DNA of 64,000 bases from contig NC_042999.1 of the NCBI RefSeq assembly GCF_006345805.1, positions 97,216,001 through 97,280,000 of the forward strand. Direction: 5' to 3'. The position numbers were made by a program, and so were the translations under genes. Source of the DNA: Octopus sinensis (lineage: Eukaryota). Below are positions 21,290 through 35,555 of this stretch, piece by piece; the stretch's first letter is position 1; each line of letters begins with the position of its first letter. The notes below the pieces were generated by a model. The model ran no database searches. It was not told where the DNA came from and was given only the letters and a program-made list of their open reading frames with translations.

Positions 21290-24200
21290 TCCTTTTGCCA
21301 GATTAGAGTTTAAAAAAAATTCAAAATCCTATCACAAATCACAGCATCTGGCCGGCATTGCGTATTCCGTTCAAACCTTGTTGATTTACCGGTGTAAAAA
21401 TTTAAATTATGGCCTTCAAAAATATTACCACTGGGATTTGGTATGTATTTACTTTTAAGCCACAAATTCGCGAAAACAATATTAAACAATGATTTAACTC
21501 TTGAAAATAAAAGCATCTTATTCTGCTCTATTATGCTCAAACAATAAATGTATTCCAATTATTAATTTCGACCAAGTTCCGATGTCATAGAATAGATCCA
21601 ATTTTTCCTTGGTTATTCTTCGGACTGTGTCGCTCAGTTGGGGGTGGACTGCCGGCGAGAAAATTACAGGAATTGTTTTCGATTCTCACTCGTAGTTATT
21701 TTGTTTAAAAGCAAAATTATTGATGTCCAATGTTATGAACGTCACAATCCCTCATTTCTTCCGCTTCTTGGTGACTATATTTTATCCTAAAAGTTATGCA
21801 CGAGGTATGATGGCTTTTGTTGTTTTCAAAGCCTAACGACATCTAAAGTATAGTTTGATAGGAAATCTTGAAGAGATATTATGGAATCCAAAGAAGCACA
21901 ATTAGTATTCGATGATTTAATTGCCTGGAGTTCATATTGCATCACATGTTCAGTGATAACCCTTTTGAAAGATATTTATTGTGTAAACATTATACTGCAT
22001 AAAACCTTATCGGGACAATCAATTAAAATAAACAGGATACTATTTATTTCTTTTAATTGACTCATCTTGATTTAATCTGTATACTTTTGTTGTCTTTTAA
22101 ATTCTTAAATTTCAAAATAATTACAAAAATGCACTGATAAATCTAGAGTTCCCAAGCGGAAAGACTTTCCTTGAAATCGTTTGGGTTAAAGGATATTGTT
22201 ATCACACGTAAGGTAAAGACATTGGTCTCTGACTAAGGAGCAATTTCGTGAAAATTGTAAGGAATTAAATGAGAAGTTCTAGGCGAAGGTAAAGAACACG
22301 CACACCACTCGTTTTCGGTCTTTAGGGGTAGGTTAGGGTTACGCCAAAAACGGGTGGAGTGCGTATTTTTTAACTCCACTAAGTTCTGATGCGGTTCGTA
22401 ACTTAATAACTTTAGTGGGGAAAATAAAGAAAATTAGATGTAAGTGGAAGTCGGTTAACCTGAAATTTACCTTTTGCTTTTATTTGCACTTGAGACAGAG
22501 ATAGATAAAATAATGTATTTTTCTTTTGGCCTTTGGGGTGGGGGTGTCTGGAAACAGACAATTTTTGTAAGAATGGGAACCTACATGAATAAAGAAAATA
22601 ACTCAATAAATCAAAGGCCTCTCTAAATTTAGATAAGAGATGATGTACTGAAAGCATACGTAAAAAATTATAAATTAAAATTTCGGCGTTTCTTCGTTTG
22701 CATGAGCTTTAAAAGTGAAAGTAGAGATTTGAGGCAAAATTTGTTTTTGTTTTTTGGAGGTGGGGTTGTTTTGTTTGTTTTTTCTTTATCTGTTTAAAAC
22801 CATTACATTGCGAGTATTGCATCATCGTTTTGTACTAGTATATCACCTTTGAGAGTAAAAATTGGTCAGCATGATTCCTGTTAAGGTTGAGAGAGTTTGA
22901 AGCAAAGGTGGCAGGTACTTTTTTTCAAGATATTTTTCCTAAACTTTGACCTGTTTATAATTGCGGTTGCTAATAAAATATGTGGATAATTTTTGGTGTT
23001 TAACAATCAAAATTCTTTTCCCTGTTGGATTCCAAATCAATTTTTTCCCAACACCAATGTCTAATTTGATCATTTCCAATTTTCAAAAACTGCCTAATTG
23101 AGGCAAAATGAGTAATGACTAATTTCAATAATTTCTTCTCTTTAACTGCATGATGCGTAAATATATCAGGAAGAGAGCCACTCAAGAATATCATGAAGAA
23201 GCTACAGAGAATATTTTATGCTGAGTTTTTAGATTTACACAAATTTTAATTTCTTATGTGCCATTTTTCCACAATACTCTTTCATCTGACCTGGATATTT
23301 TAAATTTTTGTGACATTTCTGAGCTTTCCGATGTCTAAGGATGGATATTAATGTGTATGAGTCTTTTCAAATGTAATTCCAGAAAAATGAAGAGCCAAAA
23401 TTACCTTATTTTATCTTACTCATTTTGCCCCACCTCCCTAAATTTGTCTTTTGTATGCTCAAAAATGAGGGGGTAATTTTCTGAAATAGTGTTCTGAATA
23501 TTCAGAGAAGATCATTTATTTCGCTCATATTGTTTTTATAAGGTAGAGAACATTTGTAAATAAATTTTTTTTTTTATGAAAGTCAAAAATGCAGTAAATG
23601 TTACTCATTGCCTCCCACCCACCCAGCTTATTTACTTTGTCAGAAACAGTTATTTTCTAAGTCGAAAATTGAAAATATTTTCCCTTTGAAAAAAATTTTT
23701 GGTGAGGTAAAATGGGATAGTGTTTTCATAAATGAAACTTTGAATATTATGAATAAAGCCCTAATTTTCCAGAAAACTAATTGTGTCCCATGCATTTGCT
23801 GTAAATCATTCTATCTTGTATTGATATTCAATACACTAGGGTATTTAATTACCCGTTATTGTTTAGGAATGTATTCAATATATTTGAAGGATTCAACTTC
23901 AATAATAATAATGCGCAAGACCCCCCCCCCCCAAAAAAAAAACACCCTTTTTAACGTCTTTTTTTTCGAAACAAACCCCCCTTTTCACCTACAGGGAATA
24001 CGAATCAGCAAAAAAATTGGCAAAAATCGGTATCATGTGAAGTCCCACAAATAGAATTCAAATTCGCAAAAGTTTTCTAAAAACTCTGGAAAATATAAAA
24101 AGTTATGAGCGGTTATATGTTGTGCATAATTCTGTGGTTTCATATCAAAACTCAAGTGCTATTTTCAGGATGTTGACCAATTGTGCTGTCACGCACAAAA

Positions 24201-24409
24201 TGACAGCTTTGAAATTGTATTTCTTGACTGGGTGAAAATGATCAAACTTTAAACCTCTATAACGTTTTAAAAACATTTTTCTGGAAAAAAAGTTGAATAA
24301 CTCCAGAAATTTAGCTTAGAAAGGTACATTAATGTACCAAATTTTTAAATTTTCAATAAACTTTAATTTATGAAATGCTGGCAGCCAAACGAACTAGATC
24401 CATATTTGC

Positions 24410-24700
24410 TCCAGTAAACTATTTACAATCATTGCACAATGACATAGTGGAGCGATTTCAAGATGTTTTTGCCCTGAGTATTCCAAATTGGTATAGCTAT
24501 CCATTTGAGGTTGATGTAGTCGATTGTGAGGATGATGTTCAGGAGGAATTGATAGAATTACAAAATGACAATGACATTACAATGCGATATCGCTGTAATG
24601 GCATTCTTTTTGGTACCCTCAGAGTATATTGAATTCCAACCCCAATCTGTGGAAACGTTTGAAATTTGTAAGCAACCACATATTTAGTCCAAACAGGGCA
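24410..24700 (+). mobile_element. hAT (Charlie/SPIN-like) transposase C-terminal fragment
   Basis: YLQSLHNDIVERFQD...IPNWYSYPF...QEELIELQND. Confidence 0.65.
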
Positions 24701-25118
24701 GCCTGCTCAGTCTTTCATCATGGAAAAAACTTACTTTCAATAAGGTACTTTCACTTTCCAGAATCCCTGGTTAATAAAGGAGCACTAAAACTTAACTAGG
24801 AAAGAAAAAAATTCAGTGGTAATTGTTCACAACTCTCAAAGAAAAAGGGAGATAATTGCATGAGATTAATTGCTTTCAAAATTAATTTTCATGTTTAGGG
24901 GAAAATTTGAAGGCAAGAGGACAAGGAAGTTTTATATAAATCATTCAGTTTATTGCTCCTTCATTTTCCCAAACTTATGTCGTTGGCTCATTTAAATTAA
25001 CACACATATCATGAAAACCCACTTGTCTCCTGCACATGCATATGTGGTATGTTCTTCCTATACATAAATATATGAAGAACATACAATGCCCCTTCCTCAA
25101 TACTACTACCCCACCCTA

Positions 25119-25746
25119 GCTGTGTAAAGAAGTGCCGACCTCTAACTGTGTAGGGAACCTGTGGAAGAGGTAGACCCAGGAAGACATGGGACAAGGTGGT
25201 GAAGCATGATATTTGAATGTTTGGCCTCACAGAAGCAATGACTAGTGACTGAGACCTTTGGTAATATGCCATGCTTGAGGAGACCCGTCAAGCCAAAAGT
25301 GAAATTATAGTTGTAGCTGGTGCCAGTGTCATGTAACTGGCACCCACACCAGTGGTACATAAAACGCACCTTTTGAGCGTTGGGCCTCACAAGCAATGTG
25401 ACCAATGCCAGTGTCATGTAACAAGCACCCATGCTAACAGCACATAAAAAGCACCTTTGAAGCATTGGGCCTCAGAAAGGCAATGACAAATGACTGAGAC
25501 CTTTGGCAATACGGTGTGCTTGAAAAGAACACTCAACAGACCAAATGAAACTGTAGTCATGGCAGATACTGGTGGCACATAAAAGCATCCATTACACTCT
25601 GAGAGTGGTTGGTGTTTGGAAGGCATCCAGCCATAGAAACAATGCCAAATCAGACTGGATTCTTTTGCAGCCCCTCAGCTTACCAGCTCTAATCAAACCA
25701 TCCAACCCATTCCAGCATATGGACAATGGACATTAAATGATGATGA
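25119..25746 (+). mobile_element. Older 5'-truncated RTE 3' fragment
   Basis: Degenerate homology to the RTE C-terminus and tail. Confidence 0.75.
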
Positions 25747-25762
25747 TATATATATATATATT

Positions 25763-26965
25763 GGGCAGGTGACTTCAATGGGCATATTGGACGACATGCT
25801 GGGTGCTTCCATGGCGTACATGGAGGCTACGGTTATGCTTCCCGCAACGAGGCAGGAACCAGGCTGCTGCAGTTCTGCAAGGCAGACAGTATGATGCATG
25901 TGTACGAACAGCCATGCTACATGGTAGGGAAACATGGGCTGTGACTGCTGAGGATATGCGTAAGCTCGCAAGAAATGAAGCCAGTATGCTCCGATGGATG
26001 TGTAACGTCAGTGTTCATAATCGACAGAGTGTAAGTACCTTGAAGTTGGACCTAAGAAGCATCAGTTGTGGTGTGCAAGAGAGACGTTTGCGCTGGTATG
26101 GTCATGTGACGAGAATGGCTGAAGATAGTTGTGTGCAAAAGTGCCACACCCTAGCGGTTGAGGGAACCTGTGGAAGAGGTAGACCCAGGAAAACATGGGA
26201 CGAGGTGGTGAAGCACGACCTTCGAACTTTAGGTCTCACCAAGGAAATGACTAGAGGCCGAGACCTATGGAAGTATGCTGTGCATGAGAAGACCCGGCAA
26301 GACTAGTGAGACCATAACCCATGGCCTCTACTTGGTATGTAGCCAGTCGACTTATACATACCTTTCCTTCTTGAGACACAAAACTCCACTTGTGAAGACC
26401 CGTTGAGGCAAGTGAAAATCAAAATCAAAATCAAAATCAAACCAAATCAAATCAGAAAGCAGAACCAAAATCGAAGTCGATCAACATCAATGGAAATTGC
26501 AGCTGTGATACCAGTGCCAGTGACAAGTAAGCGAACCATCCGATCGTGGCCGTTGCCAGCGCCGCCCCGACTGGCCTCCGTGCCGGTGACACATAAAAAG
26601 CACCATCCGTTCGTGGCCGTTGCCAGCCTCGCCTGGCCCCCATGCTGGTGGCACATAAAAAGCACCATCCGAATCGTGGCCGAAGCCAGTGCCGCCTCGA
26701 CTGGCTTCCGTGCCGGTGGCATGTAAAATGCACCAATCCGACCGTGGCCGATGCCAGCTTCGCCTGGCACTAGTGCAGGTGGCAAGTAAAAAGCACCCAC
26801 TACACTCACGGAGTGGTTGGCGTTAGGAAAGGCATCCAGCCGTAGAAACACTGCCAGATCAGACTGGGCCTGATGCAGCCTTCTGGCTTCACAGACCCCA
26901 GTTAAACCGTCCAACCCATGCTAGCATGGAAAGCGGATGCTAAATGATGATGATGATGATGATGA

Positions 26966-26968
<3 letters not shown>
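25763..26968 (+). mobile_element. RTE LINE copy with internal deletion (APE fragment fused to C-terminus) and 3' UTR
   Basis: GDFNGHIG...RLLQFC joined directly to YDACVRTAMLHG...RGRPRKTW; tail is the same family as 61421-62400. Confidence 0.88.
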
Positions 26969-27001
<33 letters not shown>

Positions 27002-28111
27002 TATTTGTGTCTTCCTTTCTCTTCATCACATGATAGCTGTGTGAATGAGTATCACTCATACAAGTGGTGTCATTCATTCCCAATATTCTGAAAGCCATGG
27101 GGAATATTACCTTACTTGGAAACAAGTGAGGGTGGCAATAGGAAGGGCATCCAGCCATAGAAAATCAATCTCAATAAACTTTGTCCGACCCATGCAAGCA
27201 TGGAAAAGTTGATGTTAAATGAGGATGATGAAGATGATAATGATGTATATCATCACTAACAAATCTATAGAATGCTGTATCCATCTCTAAAAGTGTAACA
27301 TTCATTCTTTTTTTTGAGTATATTTAATGTTGCATTTCTGTGTACTTGATATTGAAAATGAAACCTCATATTATATTTACATATCAGGGTCAATATAACT
27401 TAACTAACTGGATTTATCAATCAGTTGAGAATTTGAATCGCTATCTCACATTTTTAGCTTATTTTTTATCAAATACGTATTTCTTCTACAAACCTCTGCT
27501 TTTTCTGAACTAACTAATTGTATACCATCTCAAATCTGACCCAGAAAACTAAATACTTTAATGTATTTAGATTGATGCACTACCATTTCTGTTAATTCAG
27601 TGTCTTTTGAATAGAAACTGGGAAGTTGTTATAGTAATATAATTGCTAACAATGCTGTGGTTAAACTATCAATTATTTTTTGACTTGGCATAAAGTTCTC
27701 CAATAATTTTAAGAAAAAGAAAATGGGTATCCATGACAACCGTTACTCTTGAATTGGCAACATACATAAAAGAGCTCTGACAGGCAAATAAACTCAGACT
27801 GCAGGATTGTTTCCTGAAAACATACTAATGTCAGCTACAATATGCCAGCTCATAACTGTACTGATTGGTTCTATGACTTTTGAGGAACAAGATCTGTAGA
27901 GAAGTTCCTTTCAATCCAGTTTCAATTCACAGTTGTAGCTAAATTGTTTCATATGAGTTGAGGAAAGGCATCATCATCATCATCGTATTTTGTTTCCTCT
28001 TCACCTGGACTTAAGTGTACTAAGTGCAGAAAATACATAAAATATGAGTACTTCACTTTTTTGCATCTATAGATGAAATTTGTTGTTTAATCCTTGGTCA
28101 ATCCCGATCAA

Positions 28112-28827
28112 TCTCTATATATAAAACTGAAATGCGTTTTTACCGCTTGGATCGCTTTCAAGGCCACTACATCCTGTCGGATTCACTCCAAAATTTACAG
28201 GGACATGTAAAATGAGGTGACGATGCCCGTGGGCTACGTTAGAAATCCCTATCTTAAAAGGTGTCATTGCTAGGGGCCAAAAACCCACTTTGACAAGTCC
28301 ACTCCCGTTCTTTTACGTATATGTCTTCCTCACTCACTCACACTATTTCCTCCATTCCCCTCTAACTCCCCTTCAGTTTCCCTTTATAAGTTCGTCAATC
28401 GGCGTTCTTTTATGTATCTGTCTGCATTCATAGAGAGAATTATCATCGCCACCAACAACACTCGAGCAGAGAACAAATATTATGAATCAGATATTTCTTG
28501 CGTTCATTTATATATGTGTGTGTGTGTTCTATATATAAATATGTATATATAATGTATATATACAAAGTGTATATATCTGTATTTATGTATATTAAACTTT
28601 TTAATACTTTTTCATAGTTATATATATTTTTGAACAAATTATAAATATTATTTAATAATTTTTATTTTAAATTTAAATAATTTAAATTTTTCAGTTTTAT
28701 ATATTATATTTTTATTTTTATGTTTTTCATTTTTCACTGTTTGATTTGCCTATTAGTGATTTTATCTCTAATTTAATTTATACATATATATATATATAAT
28801 TTGTATATATTTGTATATATAATGCAT

Positions 28828-28865
<38 letters not shown>

Positions 28866-30040
28866 ATATATATATAATGTGTGCATTATGTGGTCGGTCA
28901 CTTCAGCTGAAAATATGCACACCTATGTTAAAAGTGCTGGCAAGTTTGCCCGACAACTATTTTGTTCCTCAAATGAAAGGCATCACCTCTAGGACAAAAT
29001 TCCTCATCTTATAAAATGTGGCCCCAGTAGACCTGAATGAAATCGGGTTATATTAACGAAAATGTGAAAAGTGGTCTAAATGGGGCTGGAAGGGGATTAA
29101 AATTTAAAGGAGCGAGTGTTTAGGAATTCTCTGTTACATCAAGCTAAAAAATTTGCGTCAGCCTTTTAATCGTCAATGTGTTGCCGTCCATGATGAAGAA
29201 TTTTTGAATGCTTGCCATGGTGAGTCTACTGTCGTGAGAAAGAATCACTTCAAAGCTTGGTGTTTAGGAATTTTCTTTTACATCAAGTTCAAAATTTTAC
29301 GCCAGCTGTTAAACTGTCAATACGTTGCTGTCCGTCGTTAAGAAATGCCAGCCATGGTGACTCTACTATCCTCAGATTCTATCCCTTCAAACTTTGGTTT
29401 CCAATATTTTATTATTTTTATTCAGCTTGCAAGTTCGTCTGTCCCATTTAAATGTTAGCGTATTGCTGTCAGCCTTGAAGCAGACCTTTCCGTTGCCACT
29501 GTCTGATATTTATGATTGATCTTTCTAAATATTTTATTTCTCAACTTACTCAAGATCCTTTGTTGTTTATAAATGGGAGAGAGATAGATAAAGATAGAGA
29601 GTAAGAGAAAGCGAGGGAGAGTCCGAGAGAAAAGAAAAGTGAGAGAGAAACAAAGAGGGAGAATCATCATCATCATCATCATTTAATGTCCGTTTTCCGT
29701 GCTAGCATGGGTTGGACAGTTTGACCGGGGTCTGGGAAGCCAGGAGGCTGCACCAGGCTCCAGTCTGATCTGGCAGTGTTTCTACAGGTGGATGACCTTC
29801 CTAACGCCAACCACTCTGTGAGTGTAGTGGGTGCTTTTTCGTGCCGCCTGCACAGGTGCCAGGGGGGATCGCAGTGGCAACGATCAGTTGGTGCTTTTTA
29901 CGTGCCACCGGCACAGAAGCCAGTCAAGGCAGCGCTGCAATCGGCCACGTTCGGATGGTGCTTTTTACGTGCTGAAAGGAAGCAACAGAAAGTAACAACC
30001 ACACTCTTACCCGCGCGTAAAGCGGGTCACCTTCAGCTAG
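28112..30040 (+). mobile_element. Non-autonomous Helitron, copy 1
   Basis: Starts A|TCTCTATATATAAAAC; ends with GC hairpin ACCCGC-GCGTAAA-GCGGGT then CTAG; no TSD. Confidence 0.82.
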
Positions 30041-32164
30041 TCTCTCTATATAAAACTGAAATGCGTTTTTACTGCTTGGATCGCTTTCAAGGCCACTACA
30101 TCCCGTCCGATTCACTCCAAAATTTACAGGGACATGTAAAATGAGGTGATGATGCCCGTGGGCTACCTTAGAAATCTCTATCTTAAAAGGCGTCGTTGCT
30201 AGGGCCAAAATCCCACTTTGACAAGTTCACTTCCGTTCTTTAATGTATCTGTCTTCCTCAACTCACTCTCGCTATTTCCTCTTTTCCCAGCACTTTTTCA
30301 CTCACTCTGTTTCCTACCTTCCCATCACTTCGGTGTTCTTTTATGTATCTGTCTGCATTCATAGAGACAAAAACCCACTTTGACAAGTCCACTCCCGTTC
30401 TTTAACGTATCTGTCTTTCTCAACTCACTCTTGCTATTTCCTCTCTTCCCAGCACTTTTTCATTCACTCTGTTTCTTACCTTCCCATCACTTCGGCGTTC
30501 TTTTATGTATCTGTCTGCATTCATAGAGAGAATTATCATCGCCACCAACAACACTCGAGCATGAGAACAAATATTATGAATCAGATATTTCTTGCGTTCA
30601 TTTATATGTGTGTGTGTGTGTGTGTTCTACATACATATAAATATGTATATATAATGTATGTGTGTGTGTGTTCTATATATAAATATGTATATATACAAAG
30701 TGTATATATCTGTATTTATGTATATTAAACTTTTTAATACTTTTTCATAGTTATATATATTTTTAAACAAATTATAAAAATAATTTAATAATTTTAATTT
30801 TAAATTTAAATAATTTAAATTTTTCAATTTTATATTTTATATATTTCATATATTATAGTTTTATTTTTATGTTTTTGTTTTTCGTTTTTCACTGTTTGAT
30901 TTGCCTATTAGTGGTTTTATCTCTAATTTAATTTATACATATATATATATAATTTGTATATATAATGCGTGCACACACACACACTCATATATATATATAA
31001 TGTGTGCATTATGTGGTCGGTCACTTCAGCTGAAAATATGCACACCTATGTTAAAAGTGCTGGCAAGTTTGCCCAACAACTATTTTGTTCCTCAAATGAA
31101 AGGCATCACCTCTAGGACAAAATTCCTCATCATATAAAATGTGGCCCCAGTAGACCCGAATGAAATCGGGTTATATTAACGAAAATGTGAAAAGTGGTCT
31201 AAATGGGGCTGGAAGGGGATTAAAATTTAAAGGAGCGAGTGTTTAGGAATTCTCTGTTACATCAAGCTAAAAAATTTGTGCCAGCCTTTTAATCGTCAAT
31301 GTGTTGCCGTCCATGATGAAGAAGTTTTGAATGCTTGCCGTGGTGAGTCTACTGTCGTGAGAAAGAATCACTTCAAAACTTGGTGTTTAGGAATTTTCTT
31401 TTACATCAGGTTCAAAATTTTACGCCAGCTGTTAAACTGTCAATACATTGCTGTCCGTCGTTAAGAAATGCCAGCCATGGTGACTCTACTATCCTCAGAT
31501 TCTATCCCTTCAAACTTTGGTTTCCAATATTTTATTATTTTTATTCAGCTCGCAAGTTCGTCTGTCCCTTTTAAATGTTAGCATTTTGCTGTCAGCCTTG
31601 AATCAGACCTTTCCGTTGCTACTGCCTGATATTTATGATTGATCTTTCTAAATATTTTATTTCTCAACTTACTCAAGATCTTTTGTTGTTTATAAATGGG
31701 AGAGAGATAGATAAAGATAAAGAGTAAGAGAAAGCGAGGGAGAGTCCGAGAGAAAAGAAAAGTGAGAGAGAAACAAAGAGGGAGAATCATCATCATCATC
31801 ATCGTTTAACGTCCGTTTTCCATGCTAGCATGGGTTGGACAGTTTGACCAGGGTCTGGGAAGCCAGGAGGCTGCACCAGGCTCCAGTCTGATCTGGCAGT
31901 GTTTCTACAGGTGGATGACCTTCCTAACGCCAACCACTCTGTGAGTGTAGTGGGTGCTTTTTTCGTGCCGCCTGCACAGGTGCCAGGGGAGCTCACAGCT
32001 ATCACGATCGATTGGTGCTTTTTACATGCCACCGGCACAGAAGCCAGTCAAGGCGGCGCTGCAATCGGCCACGTTCGGATGGTGCTTTTTACGTGCTGAA
32101 AGGAAGCAACAGAAAGTAACAACCACACTCTTAACTGCGCATAGAGCGGGTCACCTTCAGCTAG
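30041..32164 (+). mobile_element. Non-autonomous Helitron, copy 2 (head-to-tail with copy 1)
   Basis: Homologous to copy 1 along its length; ends CTAG|T; extra internal duplication at ~30369-30525. Confidence 0.82.
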
Positions 32165-33751
32165 TCAGATTTATAATCAAAAGTATTCCAACTGTGGCTA
32201 TTTCATTATCTCAGGCATAACATCTAAACCACATGATCTAATGCAGTTCCTTTTTTTAAAACAGTAGGATTTGTCACTATCATCCCACTTCTTACTAAAT
32301 CTATCTCAATGTCAATAGAGGGGTATGGGGATAACACATCCATTCAACCCATTTTACATCTTGTAAAGTCGTTGGAGTAATTGATTCTACTGAAGAGATC
32401 CTCTGAACTCTCACAAACAGACATTTCAATAAACAGTCTTACTATCATTGAGAGGAAATTCCTGTTTTTATTGTAATCAAAGTTTCTGCTACTTGTTGAT
32501 TAGATGTTTTCTTTTGAACCTTCTATGCCAAAGAGTCCAAGCTGTACATTTCTGACTGGTTGTGTTTGATGATTATTTAAGTATTTTTTCATTGTAGGAA
32601 ATCTTAATTACTTATGAAACTGTTGGCTAACTTTTGGTTCTATATGGAGCTTAATTAATAATACAGTATAATACAAGTGGATTGTTATGATAAGATACTT
32701 GTTTTGAGTTGAGTTGATGCCAATGAATGCAAGAACACAAATTCCATTTAGGATTTTAAAAGTGAACATATTTATTTTCATACTAAACTATGTATTTTTG
32801 TTACTATTAATGACAGAAAAGTTGTTTGCATCAAATTAGATCCTTCAAAGTTTGTTTGAGATTTTGTTTGATCAGTAAGAACGGTAGCTGTCACCATGTG
32901 CTTATAACAGCAAACTGGTTAAAGCTGCATTGTCATCCTTGTTCATTGGTGTTGGCTGACTTACGGACACTGCTTACAGCTTGTAGAGAGACAGCTCTGT
33001 TTATAGACAATGTTTCCATCAAGTTAAAAAGATGTGGAGAAACAACTTGTTGATAAGATCCTGTCATATCAGATGTCCAAATGGTCAGTTCCTTAATGAT
33101 GTCATCAATAATTGAGTGAATCATGTTTGTGTTGACAAAAAGATCTCTACCAGACATCTATTGACTAGATATGTGCTCATGCCATCGATTTTTAACACAA
33201 ATTTTGATTGTTGAAATTTGGCAATCCAGTTTTGATTCGTAGGTGTTTTGCAACTGCCAAATATTCTGGCTACAGGATTAACATGGTTGTAATCAACAGT
33301 TGCATGGTGATGAAATTATGTCTGTAGACATTAATTTAGATCCCAATAATCTATGTACAACCCAGTGAGTTTCAGACATAGCTTTTATATTTTTTACAAA
33401 CATTTCTTCAACGTCAGAAATTACTAAATTCTGAAAAGAAAAAAAGTTTAAAATTTTGATTATATTTTAAGCAAATTACGTTAAAACATTAAAGGCAGTT
33501 ATCTGAACCCTGACAACGCCGGGTATTTCAAACTTTTTGTGGCGTAGTTGATGTAACACTTAGCAAAAAGTTAAGTCAGCTTTCGTTTAAAAAATGTTAT
33601 CTAGTTCATCTGAAGCAATGCAAACTGGGTCCAGCTCCCTAGTGGATGTACCTAAATGGGCGAAGGTAAAGAATACGCATACCCGGTGTTTAGGGTTAGG
33701 ATTACGCTGAAAACGGGTGGTGTGCGTATTCTTTACCTCCGCCCTTAAATA

Positions 33752-35555
33752 CAGTTGCGGCCAACATGTTCAGAACGGCATTGTTTTCGTCAGAAAAGTA
33801 GGTATAAGTTTTTATCAAAGTTGTTTTATATTCTATGATTTTCACAGACAATAAATACGATATTAATTGTTATTGTCTTAGATTTTGGTGTAATTTGAGA
33901 GGATAATACAAAAGTTATGGATGATTTAGTGATTTACTGCAAAACCCATGGCGGCCAAAATGATCAGAACGGTTGAAAAAATAACAAAATAATCAAAAAT
34001 GACAGAGAATACTGGAATTATTTAATATTTAATGTGAAGCCCTTTAGCTTCAATCACACTTTGACATCTTCGACTGCATGAGGAAATTAAATTTTCAATT
34101 TCTTGCTGGGTGATCTTATTCCATTCTTCCTGAAGGGCATTCCATAATTGCTCGGTTGTTTTAGGATTTCTGGCTTTAGAACGTTCTCCAAGAATATTCC
34201 ACGCATTTTCAATAGGATTGAGATCTGGGCTTTGAGCAGGCCAATCCATAACAATAACCTTTTCAGCCTTGAGGAAGTTCATGAACACCTTAGCCTTGTG
34301 ACATAGGGCATTGTCCTGCATGAATATGGGGTGGTCGCTTAGTTGAATTTCTCAGCACAGGCAAGACATGATCTTTTACAAGTTGTTTATAAACTCCTGC
34401 ATTTACCTTTCCGTGTAATCGCACCAAAGAGCCCACACCATCTCCAGATATCATCCCCCAAACCATGACACTTCCTCCACCGAATTTAACACTAGTCTTA
34501 AGGAATTTAGGCGACAATTTTTCACCTACTTTTCAACGAACGTACCTTTTCCCATCTGAGCCAAATAGCATAAACTTAGATTCATCACTGAAATGCACCG
34601 TTTGCCATTTTTCTTGAGACCAAAACACATGCTCGGTTGCAAAGGTAAGATGACACTTTTTATTCTTGGAGCTTATCAGTGGCTTCACTGCAGGTTATTT
34701 TGCTTGTAAGGTCATGTTCAACTAAACGACGAGACACAGTTTTTCGAGATAAAGTTTTCTTCAGTACAATGCTCATTTCCCGAGAAACAGCAGCAGCAGT
34801 TTTAAATCTGCCCTTTTTAACCAACTTTACCATAGTACGATCTTCTCTCTTGGTCGTTTTTCTTGGCCTACCTGTAGACTTTCTTGCTTCACACGAACCA
34901 CAATCATCGTAGACCTTAAGAATACCGTGTACAACACTTTTTGACTTGTTAACAATCTTTGCAATAGACCGAATACTTAAATTATTCTCCTTTCGAAGCT
35001 TAATAATCTGCTGACGAATTGGTAACGGAGTAAGTGCTCTTACTTGTAGGTCATGTTCAACTAAACGACGAGACACAGTTTTTCGAGATAAAGGTTTTTT
35101 CAGTTCAATGCTCATTTCCCGAGAAACAGCAGCAGCAGTTTTAAATCTGCCCTTTTTAACCATCTTTACCATAGCATGATCTTCTCTCTTGGTCGTTTTT
35201 CTTGGCCTACCTGTAGACTTTCTTGCTTCACACGAACCACAATCATCGTAGACCTTAAGAATACCGTGAACAACACTTTTTGACTTCTTAACAAGCCCTG
35301 CAATAGACCCAATACTTAAATTATCCTTCTCTCGAAGCTTAATAATCAGCTGACGAATTGGTAACGGAGTAAGTGGCATTATATTAACAAAGTACACTGC
35401 AGATAGTGTTACGGCGATCCTTCGGTGTAAGTACCGGAAGTGGCTTTGTTTACATTTCTGAAGATAACAGTAACCCTTTTCGCCCACCCCTAAAAAATCT
35501 TATACCTACTTTTCTGACGAAAACAATGCCGTTCTGAACATTTTGGCCGCAACTG
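33752..35555 (-). mobile_element. Tc1-family (DD34E) DNA transposon, frameshifted, with duplicated N-terminal domain
   Basis: TA TSD. ~57-bp TIRs CAGTTGCGGCCAA(C/A)ATGTTCAGAACGG... at 33752-33808 and 35499-35555. Transposase runs from ATG 35379 to stop 34022 across several frames, with FSDESKF, KFGGGSVMVWG, QDNA and WPAQSPDLNPIE. Confidence 0.95.
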
